Shown here in pieces: positions 48,300 to 62,085 of a DNA stretch of 64,000 bases. Position numbers and translations under genes: made by a program. Position 1 is the stretch's first letter. Every line of letters begins with the position of its first letter. The stretch covers positions 59,270,763-59,334,762 of the forward strand of contig JARDVH010000106.1 of NCBI GenBank assembly GCA_030324005.1. The letters run 5' to 3'. Source of the DNA: Negaprion brevirostris. Taxonomy: Eukaryota. A model generated the notes under the pieces. The model was not told where the DNA came from and did no database searches. It saw nothing but the letters and a program-made list of their open reading frames with translations.

Positions 48300-49340
48300 T
48301 ATGATTTGATGTATTATCACATGCATTGAAAAGATTGTTCCTTGCGCGCTATACAGACAAAGCGTACTGTACATGGAGAAGGAAGGAGAATGCAGAATGT
48401 AGTGTTACAATCATAGTTAGGGTGTAGAGAAAGATCAACTTAATGAGGTAGGTCCATTTAAAAGTCTGGCCATGGGGAAGAAGCTGTTTTTGAGTTGGTT
48501 GGTACGTGACCTCAGACTTTTATCTTTTTCCAAAAGGAAGAAGTTGGAAGAAAGTATGTTTAGAGTACATGGGGTTCTTGATTATGCTAGCTGCTTTTCC
48601 GAGACAGTGGGAAGTGTAGACCGGGAGGCTAGTTTGCGTGATGGACTGGGCTTCGTTCACAACCCTTTATAACTTGGACAGAGCAGGAGCCATTCCAAGC
48701 TGTGATACAACTAGAAAGGATGCTTTCTATTTTGCATCTGTAAAAGTTGGTGAGAGTTATAACAGACACGTCAAATTTCCTTAGTCTCCTGAGAAAACAG
48801 AGGCATTGGTGGGCTTTCTTAACTATAGCGTCAGTATGGAGGGACCAGGACAGTTGATGTGGATAGTATCACACACAAGCTCTCGACCATTTCTACTTCA
48901 TCCCATTGATGTAGACATGTCTTCTACTATGCTTCCCAAAACCAATGACCATCTCCTTCATTTTGTTGAATTGAGGGAGAGATTATTGATGTTGCACCAG
49001 TTCATCAGATTCTCTATCTTCCCTGTACTCCGTCTCGTTATTGCCCGAGACCAACCCAATACAGTGGTATCATCAGCAAATTTCAAAATCAAATTTGGCG
49101 GGGAATTTGACCCCACAGTCATAGGAGTATAAGGAGTATAGTAGGGGGCTGAGAGCAAGCCTTGTGGGGCACCGGTGTTGAGGAGGATCGTGGAGAAGGT
49201 GCTGTTGCCGATCCTTACCAATGTGGGTTAGGAAGTTCAGGATCTGGTCACAGAGGGAGGAGCTAAGCTCCAGTCCATGGAGTTTGGTTGGAATAATGGT
49301 ATTGAAGGCTGAACTGTGGTCAATAAATAGGAGTTTGAAC
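48300..49340 (-). mobile_element. Rex1/Babar-type LINE RT and 3'UTR
   Basis: LLFIDHSSAFNTIIP, LNTGAPQG and ILKFADDTTV motifs. Confidence 0.85.
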
Positions 49341-50189
49341 AAAATATCCTCTATATTGCAAATATAAACTGTATTACAAATGTCACCCACAAATTGATCT
49401 GTTCACAACTAATTTGGTAAAATTCACCTTGGAGCGTACTTCAAGTCTTCAAATACTTCAAATCTACAAATAACCTTACACGAGCAGGCACTTCAGTCAG
49501 TCACTTTGTTCCTGATCATTCCTCCTGTAGTCTTGTGTGATTGACTATTTCATTAGTTGCAGCAGGGAATCATGGAATCAATGTCCCGTTAAGCTAAATT
49601 TCTGGCTTCTTTCCAGACTCTTTGAGGTGCTCTCAAGACAAGACTCTGATATGCATCCTCATCAGATGCTTCTCACTGCAGACTTAGCAATATTCAAGCT
49701 GTCTATGTATCTTTTGATTGTGTCTCCTGTCAATCAAATTGCATGTTCATCAGTCAAACTTCATTTTCTGATTCCAAACCGTAGTTAACCATGTGTAAGA
49801 CTATTCATTGTTCTAGCTTGTAGTTCAAGGGTCGTTGGATTGAGTAAGTAAAAGGACTTCTGATAAATAAAACACAACTTTAATTTAGTAGTCCAGCTTG
49901 AAAATGGAAATCAAAAATGTAGACCAAATACCAAAAACACTATCTATGGAAAACAGTGAATAATATCACTACTGATTAATTATTTGCAAAGCACAATTAT
50001 ACAAGGTCTGCAAAGTAACTTTAAATATTCAATACAGGCTTACAACCCAGTAGAAATAAAATGTAAAAATACACAATTGCAAAAATTAATGGCTATGGAC
50101 CTCGGGTTTTTACTGTGATCATTTTTAGACAAACATCTTGTAAAATTCTTCTGAGAATCAGGCATGCTACAGGAGCCATAGTGAGTAAC

Positions 50190-50905
50190 TTTGAGAGTGA
50201 TGGCAGATGGAATTCAGCGTGAAGTCATCAACTTCAGATTTAAGAAAGACCAGTAAAATTATTTTCTTAATGAAGAAAGATGTGTTATCAGGAGGGACAA
50301 AGGGATTTAGATCACCACATGCACATCATAAAAGCGTAGATACAAAAAGCAATACAATGGCAAGTGGTGGTCTTTATCTTGGAGGGAGGATGTTATGCTT
50401 CAGTTGTACAGAAGCTTAAAACTAAATCCGAAGTACTGCATTCAGTTTTAGGCACCACATCTTGGAGGAAAATAATGTGTTGACTGGATTAGTTACAGCA
50501 CACATTCCTAGAGACAACCGGAGGCTAGGTTGCATAAGCTTAATTGTATTTCCTTAATTTCAGAAGTTTAAGCAGTTTCAAAATGAAGAGATTCAACGGA
50601 GAAGATATAAAACAACTTTTTCCTCAGGTGTGGGGATTCCTGAACAATGATAATGGTGAAATTCGGAGCCTTGAGTATTTTTTCATACACATAATAGCGG
50701 AATGTTGAAACTTTCTCCCTCAAAAGGATGTGGACCTGATTCACTTGAAATTATGAAGACAGTTATTGATGAATTTTGCTAGATGATGGAATTAAAGGGC
50801 ATGGATCAAAGTCAGGCGAACAGAGTTGACATACTGATCAACTGTGCTAGAATGATAGAACAGGCTTGAGAGGCTGAGTGACTAACTCCAGTTCTATATT
50901 TTTAT
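50190..50905 (+). mobile_element. Old CR1-type LINE 3' part
   Basis: Decayed gtactgcattcagtttt(g)ggcaccacat (YCIQFWAPH) and a CR1-type tail. Confidence 0.6.
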
Positions 50906-51964
50906 ATTTTCTCTCATGCAGCTATAGAAAATGAAGAATGTTCTAATTATGTGTGCATGTATACCCTTTGACTAGTAAAACTGTTTGTAATATACTTGGG
51001 GATGTTTCTATTGATGGCACTTATCCACAGGAAGGAATTTGAGTACAAGTTGATATTTTTACTTTGGCTGTTTTACATAGATGGTTCTTCTCCAGCCTTC
51101 CCAATTGTGCATTGGAAAGGATTATTGGGGCATGACCACTCACTATATATTGCGTAATTATGTTGCATTTTATCATCTTTGTCATTACAAAACAGATCTC
51201 TCTACTTGCTGTCATGGAAATTTTGTCTTTTTTAAATGAAGCCTTTGATGCAATCCATGGATACCTCCAAGAAAAATGCAATTTCTATTTTGATTTTGTT
51301 GTGTAGACATAGTCCAATAACTATGAATTATAACATTCATCATCTGCCATGGGAGATGAAGAATGTTATAGCAGTAATGTGCTGTAAAATCTACATATGG
51401 GGGTCTCTTGAAGTGGTCCTAATGTATTGACTTTGTAATATAATGTGTTTTACAGTTCTAGATTAATACACTTTAAACTATTAATTTTGAGCAACGTTGC
51501 TTCATGGCTATTGTATCTGTTTTTACTCACTTTTATGCACTTTTTCCCGAGGTATTCTTTTGGCTTTTCAAAATCATATGAATTACTGTGTGTCACCTGG
51601 GAAGGCGTTAAATGCTATTGAAATAGCTGCTAGAAGTTGCATCATTTCACTGTCCATTTGATTTTTTTGTTTTCCTTTCAGTTTGTTGGGTGATGCAAAT
51701 TTAATTACTGTGTCTCATGTTTTCCGAATCCTCCACCCCACTTCAGCTTGGAAAGCTATTTTATCCAGAACAGAAGCTGCCAGATTCTCCCAATATGTTG
51801 AGAACCATTGTATAATGTGGCTGGTTCCATTATCTTCCATTATATATAATGGAATATGTTGAAATAAAGCTGATTTGTTTCAATCCTGATTTATTAAGTG
51901 CTCTTCTGCCCACTTTCATATTCTTATGACCAATACCTTAAAGGCACCATTTAATGTCATTACA

Positions 51965-52262
51965 CTAGGAATATGGTAGCACAATGGTTGTTACTGGACT
52001 GGTAATTCAAAGGCCTGAACTAATGATCTGCAGACACGAGTCAAATCCTAAGTGGTCGCTGGGCAATCAAAACTCAGTTAATTAAATAAGTCAATATAAA
52101 AAGTTTCTCAATAATGGTGACCATGAAACTACTGGATTGTCATTAAAACCCATCTGGTTCACTAACATTCTTTTTGCAAATGAAACCTGTCATCCTTAGC
52201 TGATCTGAACTATATGAAGTGCCAGATTCACAGCAATGTGGTCACTCTTAGCTGCTCCCTTC
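51965..52262 (+). mobile_element. Dispersed repeat with a tRNA-like head (related to 60990-61310)
   Basis: Shared tactggact(a/g)gtaat...aatggtgaccatgaaact...aacccatctggttcactaa...cctg(c/t)catcctta. Confidence 0.55.
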
Positions 52263-52418
52263 AAACATATCTACATATTTACCTCCCATGTCGGACTGTA
52301 AAATGCGATGCCATGTGATGCAGTGAGTGCATGTTTTCCTTTTGAAGCAGAAAATACTTACGTTATCCCTAGAACTGTTAAACAGAATCATTAAAATGCA
52401 GGACTCCCTTCTTCCGTC

Positions 52419-52443
52419 CACGCACGCGCGCACACACACACAC
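52419..52443. repeat. (CG/CA)n alternating purine-pyrimidine tract
   Basis: cacgcacgcgcgcacacacacacac. Confidence 0.85.
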
Positions 52444-53084
52444 CCCCCCGCCCCCAAAGGGCTTTCCACTGAATCTTTTGAAGATGTGAAGACTCCTTAG
52501 CTTCTGAGAGAACAGGAGACAGGAAAGCACTTCACCTCAATATTAACTTATTTGCTTGGTAGAACAATGGCTCTTTTGGAATTAACGCAGCAGCCATTTT
52601 GTTTTAGCTTTGATAAGGGCAGGCTGCAAAAGCCACTTTGTGCAGATCCCCCAGGAGGAGCTATGAGGGACATCGTCAGAGGGGATTCTGGGCCAAGGGA
52701 GAACAAAGAAGGAAGTATCCAGAAATGTTATTCCACTGAAAAGAATCTAGACAATCTTCAAGTATCATAACCACAAACTAGTGAGGAACAAAAAACTCTA
52801 TCTATTCTCTCATTCGCTCATCCTCTCTATCTGAGACCAAAAAGCTTTAACGTCAACCCTTTGTTCCAGGGAACCAATATTTCAGCTGCAATCTATGCAC
52901 CTGTAATGATATTGGTTAGACTATGAAGAGAGACTAAATAGACTGGGCCTGTACTTGTTGGAGTTGAGAGGGATGAGGGGGGGGNNNNNNNNNNNNNNNN
53001 NNNNNNNNNNNNNNNNNNNNNNNNNNNNNNNNNNNNNNNNNNNNNNNNNNNNNNNNNNNNNNNNNNNNNNNNNNNNNNNNNNNN

Positions 53085-53208
53085 GTTATGGGGAGAAAGC
53101 GGGAAAGTGGAACTGATCCACTTCAGATCAGCCATGATCTTATCAAATGGCGGGGCAGGCTCGAAGGGCTAGATGGCCGACTCCTGCTCCTATTTATGTT
53201 CTTATATC
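53085..53208 (+). mobile_element. CR1-type 3' end next to a 100-N gap
   Basis: Reverse complement of 45995-46085, nearly identical. Confidence 0.8.
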
Positions 53209-53636
53209 TTAAAGGACTGAACTGAATTTTGTTTTAAATTTTTTACTTATTTGCATTTAACCTTTTATGTATTCAGTTGGTTAAGTTGCAGCAGTAGTTC
53301 TGTTAAATGAACCTTTATCTTGTTTAAGACAAAAACTTTGGTTATTTTTCAGTTGAATTACTCAAATTTAAATGGGAGCTGCATATGCATGATCTCACAC
53401 ACACACAAATTCTGAGCTCTTTGAGGAAACAGCTTGTTACATTGTTGTGACAAAATGTTGAATTGGTTCCTTCTGTTTTCTCTTGCTATATTTTTCTATA
53501 TCAATTGCTGATTTTTGTGCTTTGTTTAAATTTACACTTAAATTATTTGTCAGATGAGTGCACTTAGATGTGATGAATATGATTAAATTTGCAATCTTTG
53601 TCTTCAATAAGATGTCAATTTTTCCCTTGCATATAG

Positions 53637-53728
53637 GTTTCTTTTGATGACACTGAACGGTTAGATTCAAAGACAAAATCAGTGAAGAAACCGCAAACAG
53701 TATTCAAAGGATCATTGCTACACATAAG
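53637..53728 (+). CDS. MOSPD2: MOSPD2 exon 10, 92 bp: VSFDDTERLDSKTKSVKKPQTVFKGSLLHI(S)
   Basis: AG / AG|GTATTT boundaries, phase 0/2. VFKGxLLHIS marks the start of the MSP domain. Confidence 0.9.
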
Positions 53729-55052
53729 GTATTTTGGTTAGATTTATATGGTGCATTCCATCTGATGTATTAGGGTATTGTTTAAAATTGTATGCGTGCA
53801 GGTGAGCAAAATTATGAATGTTGGGTATGAAGTCTAGTTATAAGACATTGTTAGTAGTTGAGTGATGGGGGTAATTGAGGGGTGACTGAGGTTATTAGTA
53901 CAATTGGTGGAATGCAACTTGACTACTTGTGTCAGGTCATTGCACTTTATACTGCACTGCATCCAAGTCCTTGTTGCTAGATTCCTGACATGACCACCAT
54001 GGCGAAATGCTCACACTGCCGCCAGAGCTTGTCTGCAGAGCCTGAAGGTGCCTGCTGCCCTCCAGCTCCTGCACTCTTTTAGAGCCAGCATTCTTCCATG
54101 TTCTGTCCTTCCCAGGTCAAGCTCACTTTTACAGTGATTTCTAGTACTTCAGCCAAAATTTCCATGCTGACTTTAAGTAGTTCAGCAGGCTTAAGTTCCT
54201 GTTAGTCCCCCTCCATTTTGCTTTGCTTACTCAGCTCGCAGTTGCTTCACAGCACATTTAGAACTGGCTGCAAGTTAGTCATTTGGCATGAATAGCAGTC
54301 CGCATTTTACATGTTGCCCAAAGGCCGTGGATGTAGCTTAAATATATATTGCAATCCTCATACCTGTTTTCTGGACTAATCAAATTTTATGGCTTAATCT
54401 TTTAGCATTGGAGATGTGTACAATTCTATATCAAGATAGTTTGTAGAAATCTGACTTTGGAAAGTGGAACATTGACTTTAGAAGTAGATGTACTGTAGTA
54501 TTTGTAAATTGTTGTAATTACATACAGAGAAAATTGTTTAATAATTCTGATGTCTTAACTTCAGACCACTAGTTTAAAATTAGATTGTTGCTCCAAAGCT
54601 ATTGCTGGTTATATTGTGGATACTTTTCTTAAGAAGCAAGGAATGAACTTTCCATTGCTTTTTTTACTATATAGTAAATTGAGAGTGGTTGAGATGCATG
54701 CTGCACTGTTTTGGTAATAGTGCTGTGGAAGATGTAGATCATTGACTGTGTTGTAGGTTACAATGGTGCTTTTATTTCAGCAAATGATTAGAGAAAAGTA
54801 AGTTGTACATTATTGGCACTGATGGTTGTTTTGAAGTGCTATGTAATTTTTGAACCTTAGCTTTGGCCTTGAGATTTTGTACATCTATATGTTGAGCTCA
54901 CAGACTTCATGCATGATGCAGAGAAAATGAATCACAACATAAATTGTGTGATGAAGAGAGTTCTTGCAGTACAGACTCTTGTATAATCATTTACGTTCAA
55001 ATCAAACATCTATTTTTTTCAACCAGCTATGCTTTTTCTTTGTTTTAAAAAG

Positions 55053-55149
55053 CCCTGCTGAAGATATTCACTTTGGCTCTAAAGAAAGTGGAGAAACAAA
55101 ATGTTTGATAGTTCTGACCAATGTGACAAAAAACCCTGTTGCATTTAAG
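55053..55149 (+). CDS. MOSPD2: MOSPD2 exon 11, 97 bp: PAEDIHFGSKESGETKCLIVLTNVTKNPVAFK
   Basis: AG / AAG|GTGAGT boundaries, phase 2/0. MSP domain. Confidence 0.96.
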
Positions 55150-55264
55150 GTGAGTTATTTCTCTCAGTAATGAGTGTTCCTGGTATTGGTATCATTCCTT
55201 CGTGTTAAGCTGTTAAGAAGCTCACATATCTGATTACCAATAAAAATAAACATTTTTAATGGTG

Positions 55265-55680
55265 TAGTTCTGGAATTTTGTAGAATGGGCTTATATTCTC
55301 TGACGTTTAGAAGAATGAGTGGTGACCTGTTTGAAACTTAAAGTCTGAGAGGCTTTGATAGGTAGATGATGATTCACTGTTTTCCCCTGGCTGGAGAGTC
55401 CAGATTAAGATTAGGTGCTGCTTTATTCAGAGGATTGTGAATATTCAGGTTCTCTACCCAAGAGATGTGGACACTTATTGAGTGTATTTCCAAGCTGAGA
55501 ACCATTGGTTTCTTTGGACACTAAGGAAATTGAGGAATAATGGTGATAGGGTGGGAAAGTTGAGTATAGGTAGAAAATCTGTATAACAGATCTTTGCTGT
55601 TAATTCAGTGGTCATAGAATGGTGCAGTAACCTCATGGGTTACATGGCAACTTCCGCTGCTGCTGCTTATATATTGGCTA
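55265..55680 (+). mobile_element. Old CR1-type LINE 3' fragment
   Basis: GLYSLTFRRMSGDLFET remnant. Confidence 0.65.
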
Positions 55681-56601
55681 TATGTTGTGAAAGTGAAGTT
55701 ATTTAAACAATTCCTGTAAAAATTCCAAAATAGTTTTGCCCTTGCCATGCAAACTGAGATTTATTCCAAAGTGATAAGTGTATGACTGTGACCTGGTAGC
55801 AATTATACCATGATTGATCCAGATCTGCAAGTCCTAGAGATGACATTTTGTCTTGTGTTTGATCTTCCTCCACCGCAGGATGTGGTGCTTTATGACAGTT
55901 AACTAGTTTTAAAAATGCAGTCTCTTCAGTAATGTCCGAAATACAGAAGCCAGTTTGCATGCAGAAATGTCTAACAAAAGCCATTTGATTATGTCCAGGT
56001 AATCTATTTTAATGTTGATGAATGGGAATGTGTTGACCAGTGTTCTGAGAATCACCTTGCTGTTCTTTGAATACTACCTTGGTTTTATTTTTGCAGGAGA
56101 CCACTTGACATTGTAGCATTCAACTCGTGCTGTACCCAAATATCAGCCTAAATTAAGTATTCGAACCTCTGAAGTGGGGAAGATTAGTTTGCACTTCAGA
56201 ACAGATTATCCTCAGATGCATTTAAAGTTTTTCTTACCTCAGAGATGGAAGTTTCCAATGTATTGAGTTGGAGTGTAATTTGAATTATTTTGGAGCAGTT
56301 GCACATTGCTTAAAATTTCTGTAAGTGCAGAGTATTTAGAATTTTGGGCACTTTTTCTTTTAACATTGAGTAAATAAATCATTCTAGAAATTAGAAACAA
56401 TCTCTAGTTTCTGAACACTTTTCCAAATTTTTTGGAGATGTTTATGCAACTTTGTAGAGTGCTGGAAAATGATTTTTGAAAATGGATCTTCCATAAGTGA
56501 TATTATTTCTCTGAAATCCATATGACATGTTTAGAAAAAAAAATCCTATAGTCAATGGGTAATAACAGTATGGTATGTCTGTCTTTTTTTTTCTGAACAA
56601 G

Positions 56602-56698
56602 GTTAGAACAACAGCCCCAGAGAAATACAGGGTGAAGCCAAGCAATGGCAGCTTCGAGCCAGGGACTTCACTGGATATTCTAGTGTCACTCCATGGAG
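56602..56698 (+). CDS. MOSPD2: MOSPD2 exon 12, 97 bp: VRTTAPEKYRVKPSNGSFEPGTSLDILVSLHG; the gene continues beyond the window end
   Basis: Completes the FKVRTTAPEKYRVKPS MSP/FFAT-binding signature. Donor G|GTATAA. No further exon was recognised before 64000. Confidence 0.96.
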
Positions 56699-59600
56699 GT
56701 ATAACATGTCTTAGTCTTACTGTTTAAATAGAGTTCTAAATAATGGATTTAATTGTGATCAGTCAAGTGTTTTGGTATTTGTAAAACAAATCAAACTGAA
56801 AATAATTTAAGATATTTTATCAGGTCAGCCTATTTTGCAGCCCACTTTAGTCAATTGGCTGAAACTTAAGCATCTTTTATACCTTTTCAGATGTTTAACT
56901 CTCATCACGCCCAAGTAATTGGAAATATGTTTAGTACCTGACTCAAACGGAGCTCCAATCCAGTCAAGTTCTTTGCTCTCAGCCACAATGTTAGTTGGAA
57001 ATACTGATGACTTTGGCCTCTTATAGTAAAATCAGTTAACTCATTTCGAAAGCATTTTATCTTTGTTTGCTGTCCTTGCCATGCATGCACTGTATTTGAC
57101 TATGCTGTGCATTGCTTTATTCTGACATCATTATGAATGATGGAGTAAGTAGTGGCCAGGAGCAGGGGTGCTTATCAAACAGCTATTAAGGACAATGCTC
57201 AAAAATACCTCCCCATCTCTGAGACGGTGGGGCATAGAATAGAGCAGGGAATTGGGAATGAGGATTAAGGGGTGGCCTCTAATTCACCAATGTTGTCTGC
57301 TATTCCAGATTACAATTTGTATATTCCCTATCTTTGGAGCTCTGGGGGCTCCTCACAATTTATGAATTTCCTACTCCAAAGCTTCTTCCCCATAACTCAA
57401 TCATGTCACAGGGAAGAGGCCCAAGAGCTGCAACCATGAGGTATGGAGGTTGTAATCTGAATAAAATCCAACCGACATGGTGCCTCCTGCAAATCTGTCA
57501 TTGAGTTTCTATGCATTCATGAAGGGGATAAATGGCCATCTTGAGTTGGCCAGAGATCGTGTTCATCTTTTGAGAAGGCCATTTTACTGAATTGCCAAGT
57601 GATTCTAAATGTTAATTGTTCATTGTCTATATATTTGCGCCTCTTGGCTTTTGTTCCTTTTTGTACTTTTAAAAATACATCCGTGTAGGAACAGACATTT
57701 GTTACAACGGGGTAGCTTGAAAGCTGTCTTATTTCCTTTAGCTTGGGACGCTTGCTGAACTTTTTTCAATCAGAGATCTCATACACTGACACCCCAGCAT
57801 CAGTACACCCTGATCAGGTCTACAGCTCTTTTTTTGTATCCCAGTTCTTTTTATATCCCTGGGATGGGAAAACTACAAATGGGTCTGGCACATAATTTAC
57901 AAGTTCATAGAAGTTTTGGCTGAGATGGTAATTGGCTTCCATTATCTCCACAGGAGGTGACAAATTTACCACATTGCCCCTTCCTTTGAAATACCCCTGT
58001 ATGAAAAGGGGGTGATATTCCATTGTCTCTTTAAGGGCTTGATATAATCCACAAGAATTCTAGCAAATGGTTACTTTGCAGTCTCAATTTATATTGTCAT
58101 CCTTGGTTTATATGTCCATTTCTGAAAACACACATCTTAATAAAAGTTTTGAGTTATGGTCAATCGTCGTGACACATTTTAAACAGAATTTGTTCTTTGA
58201 GGGTGTTTTTTTTCCTTGACAAAATCATCTTCAGGTGCTGCATAAATATTTGTTCTTGGGCTGTTTTTGACTAATGCAGGTAGAAAAACATGAGTGAACA
58301 GAAAAGTTGCATTCTGCAAACGTTTGGTAAAATATATTCCCTTAAACTCTGTTCAAAAGTTAAAGGTAAGCATAACTCTTGTTCCTCCCTCTGCTGCTCT
58401 GGAGGAACAGTATTGTTTATATCATAGATGTTAGCTCCTTGGGTCAGCTGATAGTAATTAACTAAAGCAATTTTTGATGTGATCATATCAGTCAATCTTA
58501 GCAAGATGTTCAGCTGAAAAGAGCATCGAAGTTTATCCTCAACTATGTTCATAGGTCAGTTAAATTGGTAATTGATTAAACTTTGATTAATCTTGTCTCT
58601 ATAACTGTGCTACTCCAAAGTGGCACACAAGATGAGATTATAGGATGTCTATATATTGAGATTTCTATTTCTTGCACGTATACATCTGTAAAGTTTCAGA
58701 CTTCAATAGCTACAGGTGGTGATGAATATTATTTATGTATGTAATATTTTCAACTGCATTATATAGCAAATTAGTGTCTGGTTTAACTCTGAGATATAAC
58801 CACCCTAAACACTGGGTGTGGTCACAACATAATTGCAAGATGCTGTGCTGCTGATGTGTTTCTGTTTACTTCATTGCCATTTTCATGGTGTCCTGTCAGA
58901 TTTGCAATCAACATAGGTAAAAAAGCATATAAAAAAGTTGTAGTATGCGTAAGACATTGATGCAATCTCTTGTGGCATTTGATAAATGTGTCTAATCTTA
59001 GTTGTTATGAATTTGGATGATGAACCCTCTTGGGCTTGGTACTTGTACATTTAATGAATCCTATCATTGGATGTGGTTTACATAATATGTATTTTAATCC
59101 TTGTTTGAATGAGAAGATTGCTAAAAATGTAGCAGATTTATGAAGTGTATTTAAAAAATTTAAACTTTTGTAGCAATTCCAAGTTTCATGTAATATGAAG
59201 TAGGCTGTCATTAATAATGAATAATATCTGACAAACTTGAAATACTGGTACTAACTGGAACTTGTGCATATCTCTAGCAGTCTATGTTAAAACTGCACTA
59301 TTCTGTCTGTGCACATTGTGTCAATTGACTAGATTAAGATAATAACATTTATGTGACCCTTAAATGTTCCACTACAGTTTAGTCAAATTAAGTATCTTCC
59401 CTTGTCAATGAAATTTTATTTGTTATGCATCACAAGTACAATAACAATTTTTCAAGTGGAAGCCACTTGCATTTATTGAGCATGCTAGTTTGCTGATTCT
59501 GTCACCATGCAATCTTTAAGGGTAGCTGCCACTGTTTTTTTACAAATTAGCACAGCAATTGAGTGTTTGTAAGGAGTTTCCACATTTGAAAAATGCAATA

Positions 59601-60989
59601 AAAGTGGACTAACAATTGAGCTGTTCATTCAACTTTATTGCAGTGAGCTTTCTCAAATCTCTCCTATCAAAGATCATTTGATTCACAACTGAATTCATTG
59701 TACCTCCTGAAACAAGTTAACATAGGTTAGACTGCCTGTCATGATTCCTTTATTGTGCATCAGTTAGAATTAATATAAAAACGTGTATGCTTTTAGTCTA
59801 ATGAAGTTGGCTAAAGGTTTAAATCTCTCAGATTATCAGAACAGTGGGCTGCAGGATGTTCGGGGAAGTTGAGATTTGCTCATGTTAAGGAAAATGTTTG
59901 AGCTTTCCAGTCATCATGAGGCAGGGAAAAATAGATAAGTCTTGGATCTACTCTGGATGCTTCAGAGCAAGTGTAGGTATAGAGAGTGATGAAATAATGA
60001 ATCACTGCCAATTCCACAGAGAAGTTGAACGCAGGAAGACTTTCTAGAATCGTATAGATTACCTGAAAATATATTGGTTGAAAGGTAAGGGCAAGAGGGA
60101 ATTACGATGCAGTCAATAAAATAAATGATGCACCTTGCCCAGAAGCTGAGTAGCCTATTCCTGTTCCTATGACTTTTATTATGAGCAGTGAGGTCTTTAA
60201 GAATTCCACAGTGACAATCTAGGAAATTTTTGACCAAATGAAGAAAAGTCCATTTTCAGAAGTTGTAGTGTGGAATTGTCAGAGCTGATGATTTAGAGAC
60301 AATAAAGAAGAAATGGAGTTTTGACAGTAAGAATGAAGTGAGAAACAAGTTGTTGTGGAAATCTGCTTCTAAAATAAATCAAGCTCATAATTGACTAATT
60401 CTGTTTTCAATATTACCTCCTGAAAAGTAGTAGATTCATTTATTTAATACCCAAGCTCTTAATTGCTGGTACAGTGAATTCAAAACACATTTTCCTTTTT
60501 CTTATATGTGAAGCACATAATGTGTTGAATTTGAAATTCTCTATCTTAAGAGGGAGAGGAGATAAAATAGAATCACAACTAATCCAGCCTTTGACTTCAA
60601 ATGTAAAAGAACAATTTCAATTGTGAACAAACCTTCAGTGTTTTAATGATGAAACNNNNNNNNNNNNNNNNNNNNNNNNNNNNNNNNNNNNNNNNNNNNN
60701 NNNNNNNNNNNNNNNNNNNNNNNNNNNNNNNNNNNNNNNNNNNNNNNNNNNNNNNNNNNNNNNNNNNNNNNNNNNNNNNNNNNNNNNNNNNNNNNNNNNN
60801 NNNNNNNNNNNNNNNNNNNNNNNNNNNNNNNNNNNNNNNNNNCCCAAAGAAAATGCAGTTGACTCTACCACAGCCACTCTCTACTGGGGGCAGAGAGAGG
60901 GGAGAGAGAAGGGGTGAATAGAGAGTGACTATGTCATTTTTAAAACTTGTAGCTCAACTTTTGATCTTCTCTGCTTGAGTAGAATTAAT

Positions 60990-62085
60990 CCTAGTGATGT
61001 AATGGTAATGTTCCTGGACTAGTGATCCAGAATAATTCAGGATGCGGGTTTAAATTTCATTATGGCAATTGATGGAATTTAGGTTCAATTAATTACCAAG
61101 TCTGGAAGTAAAAGCTAGCCTCAATAATGATAGCTATGAAATTGTGAATTATCATACAAGTTCAACTAGATCACTATCTAATGCCTTTTAAATAAGGAAA
61201 CCTGCCATCCTTATCTGCTCGGGCCTACATGTGACTCCAGGCTCTCAGTAATGTAGCTAACTCTTAGCTGTCTTCTGAGATGACCTAGTGAACTACTCGA
61301 ATGTACCAAACCACTATAGAAATGTCAAAAAAAACCTACCTAGCATTGACATAGGCACTAGAAACGATACCATGCCCAGTCAACCCTGAAATGTCCTCTT
61401 TTTAATAGCTGGGAACTTTGGGAAAACTGGGAGATTTGTCCCACATACTAGTCTAGCAATACCCTGACAGAATCATACTCATCAAAGCATNNNNNNNNNN
61501 NNNNNNNNNNNNNNNNNNNNNNNNNNNNNNNNNNNNNNNNNNNNNNNNNNNNNNNNNNNNNNNNNNNNNNNNNNNNNNNNNNNNNNNNNNATCAAAGCAT
61601 ATCTTACAGACAATGTCCCAGACTCTCCATCACTGTTTCCTGCACATCTGTCCGACTGGCCTGACAAATCCACCAGAAGTGGCAGCAGTGACCCTAAGAA
61701 TGCTTAACATTGTCTCTGGCCCCTACAAAGCCTCATGCACCAGGTTAAACATGGGCAAAAATTGCCACCTACCATCCTCCTTCAGCTGATGAATCTATCC
61801 TCCTCTATCCTGGACACCAATTGGAAAAGGCACTAAATAGTAAGAATAAAGTTGGGTGGGAGGCTTCAATGCCCATCCCTTTAGAGTGACTCACTGGCAT
61901 TAGAACTGGCTGCTTGCCATGTCCTGAAGTATACATCTGTCAGAATGGCCTGTGGCAGGTAGTGAGAGAACCAGCATATTTCCCTTACCAATCTACCTGT
62001 CACAGATATATCTATCCATGATAGGAATGAGCACCACACAGTCCTTATTAAGGAAAAAGTCCTGTCTTGGATGCTGCCCGAGTGG
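60990..62085 (+). mobile_element. Decayed LINE-like element with a tRNA-like 5' head
   Basis: Head shared with 51965-52262, followed by endonuclease-like remnants. Confidence 0.5.
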
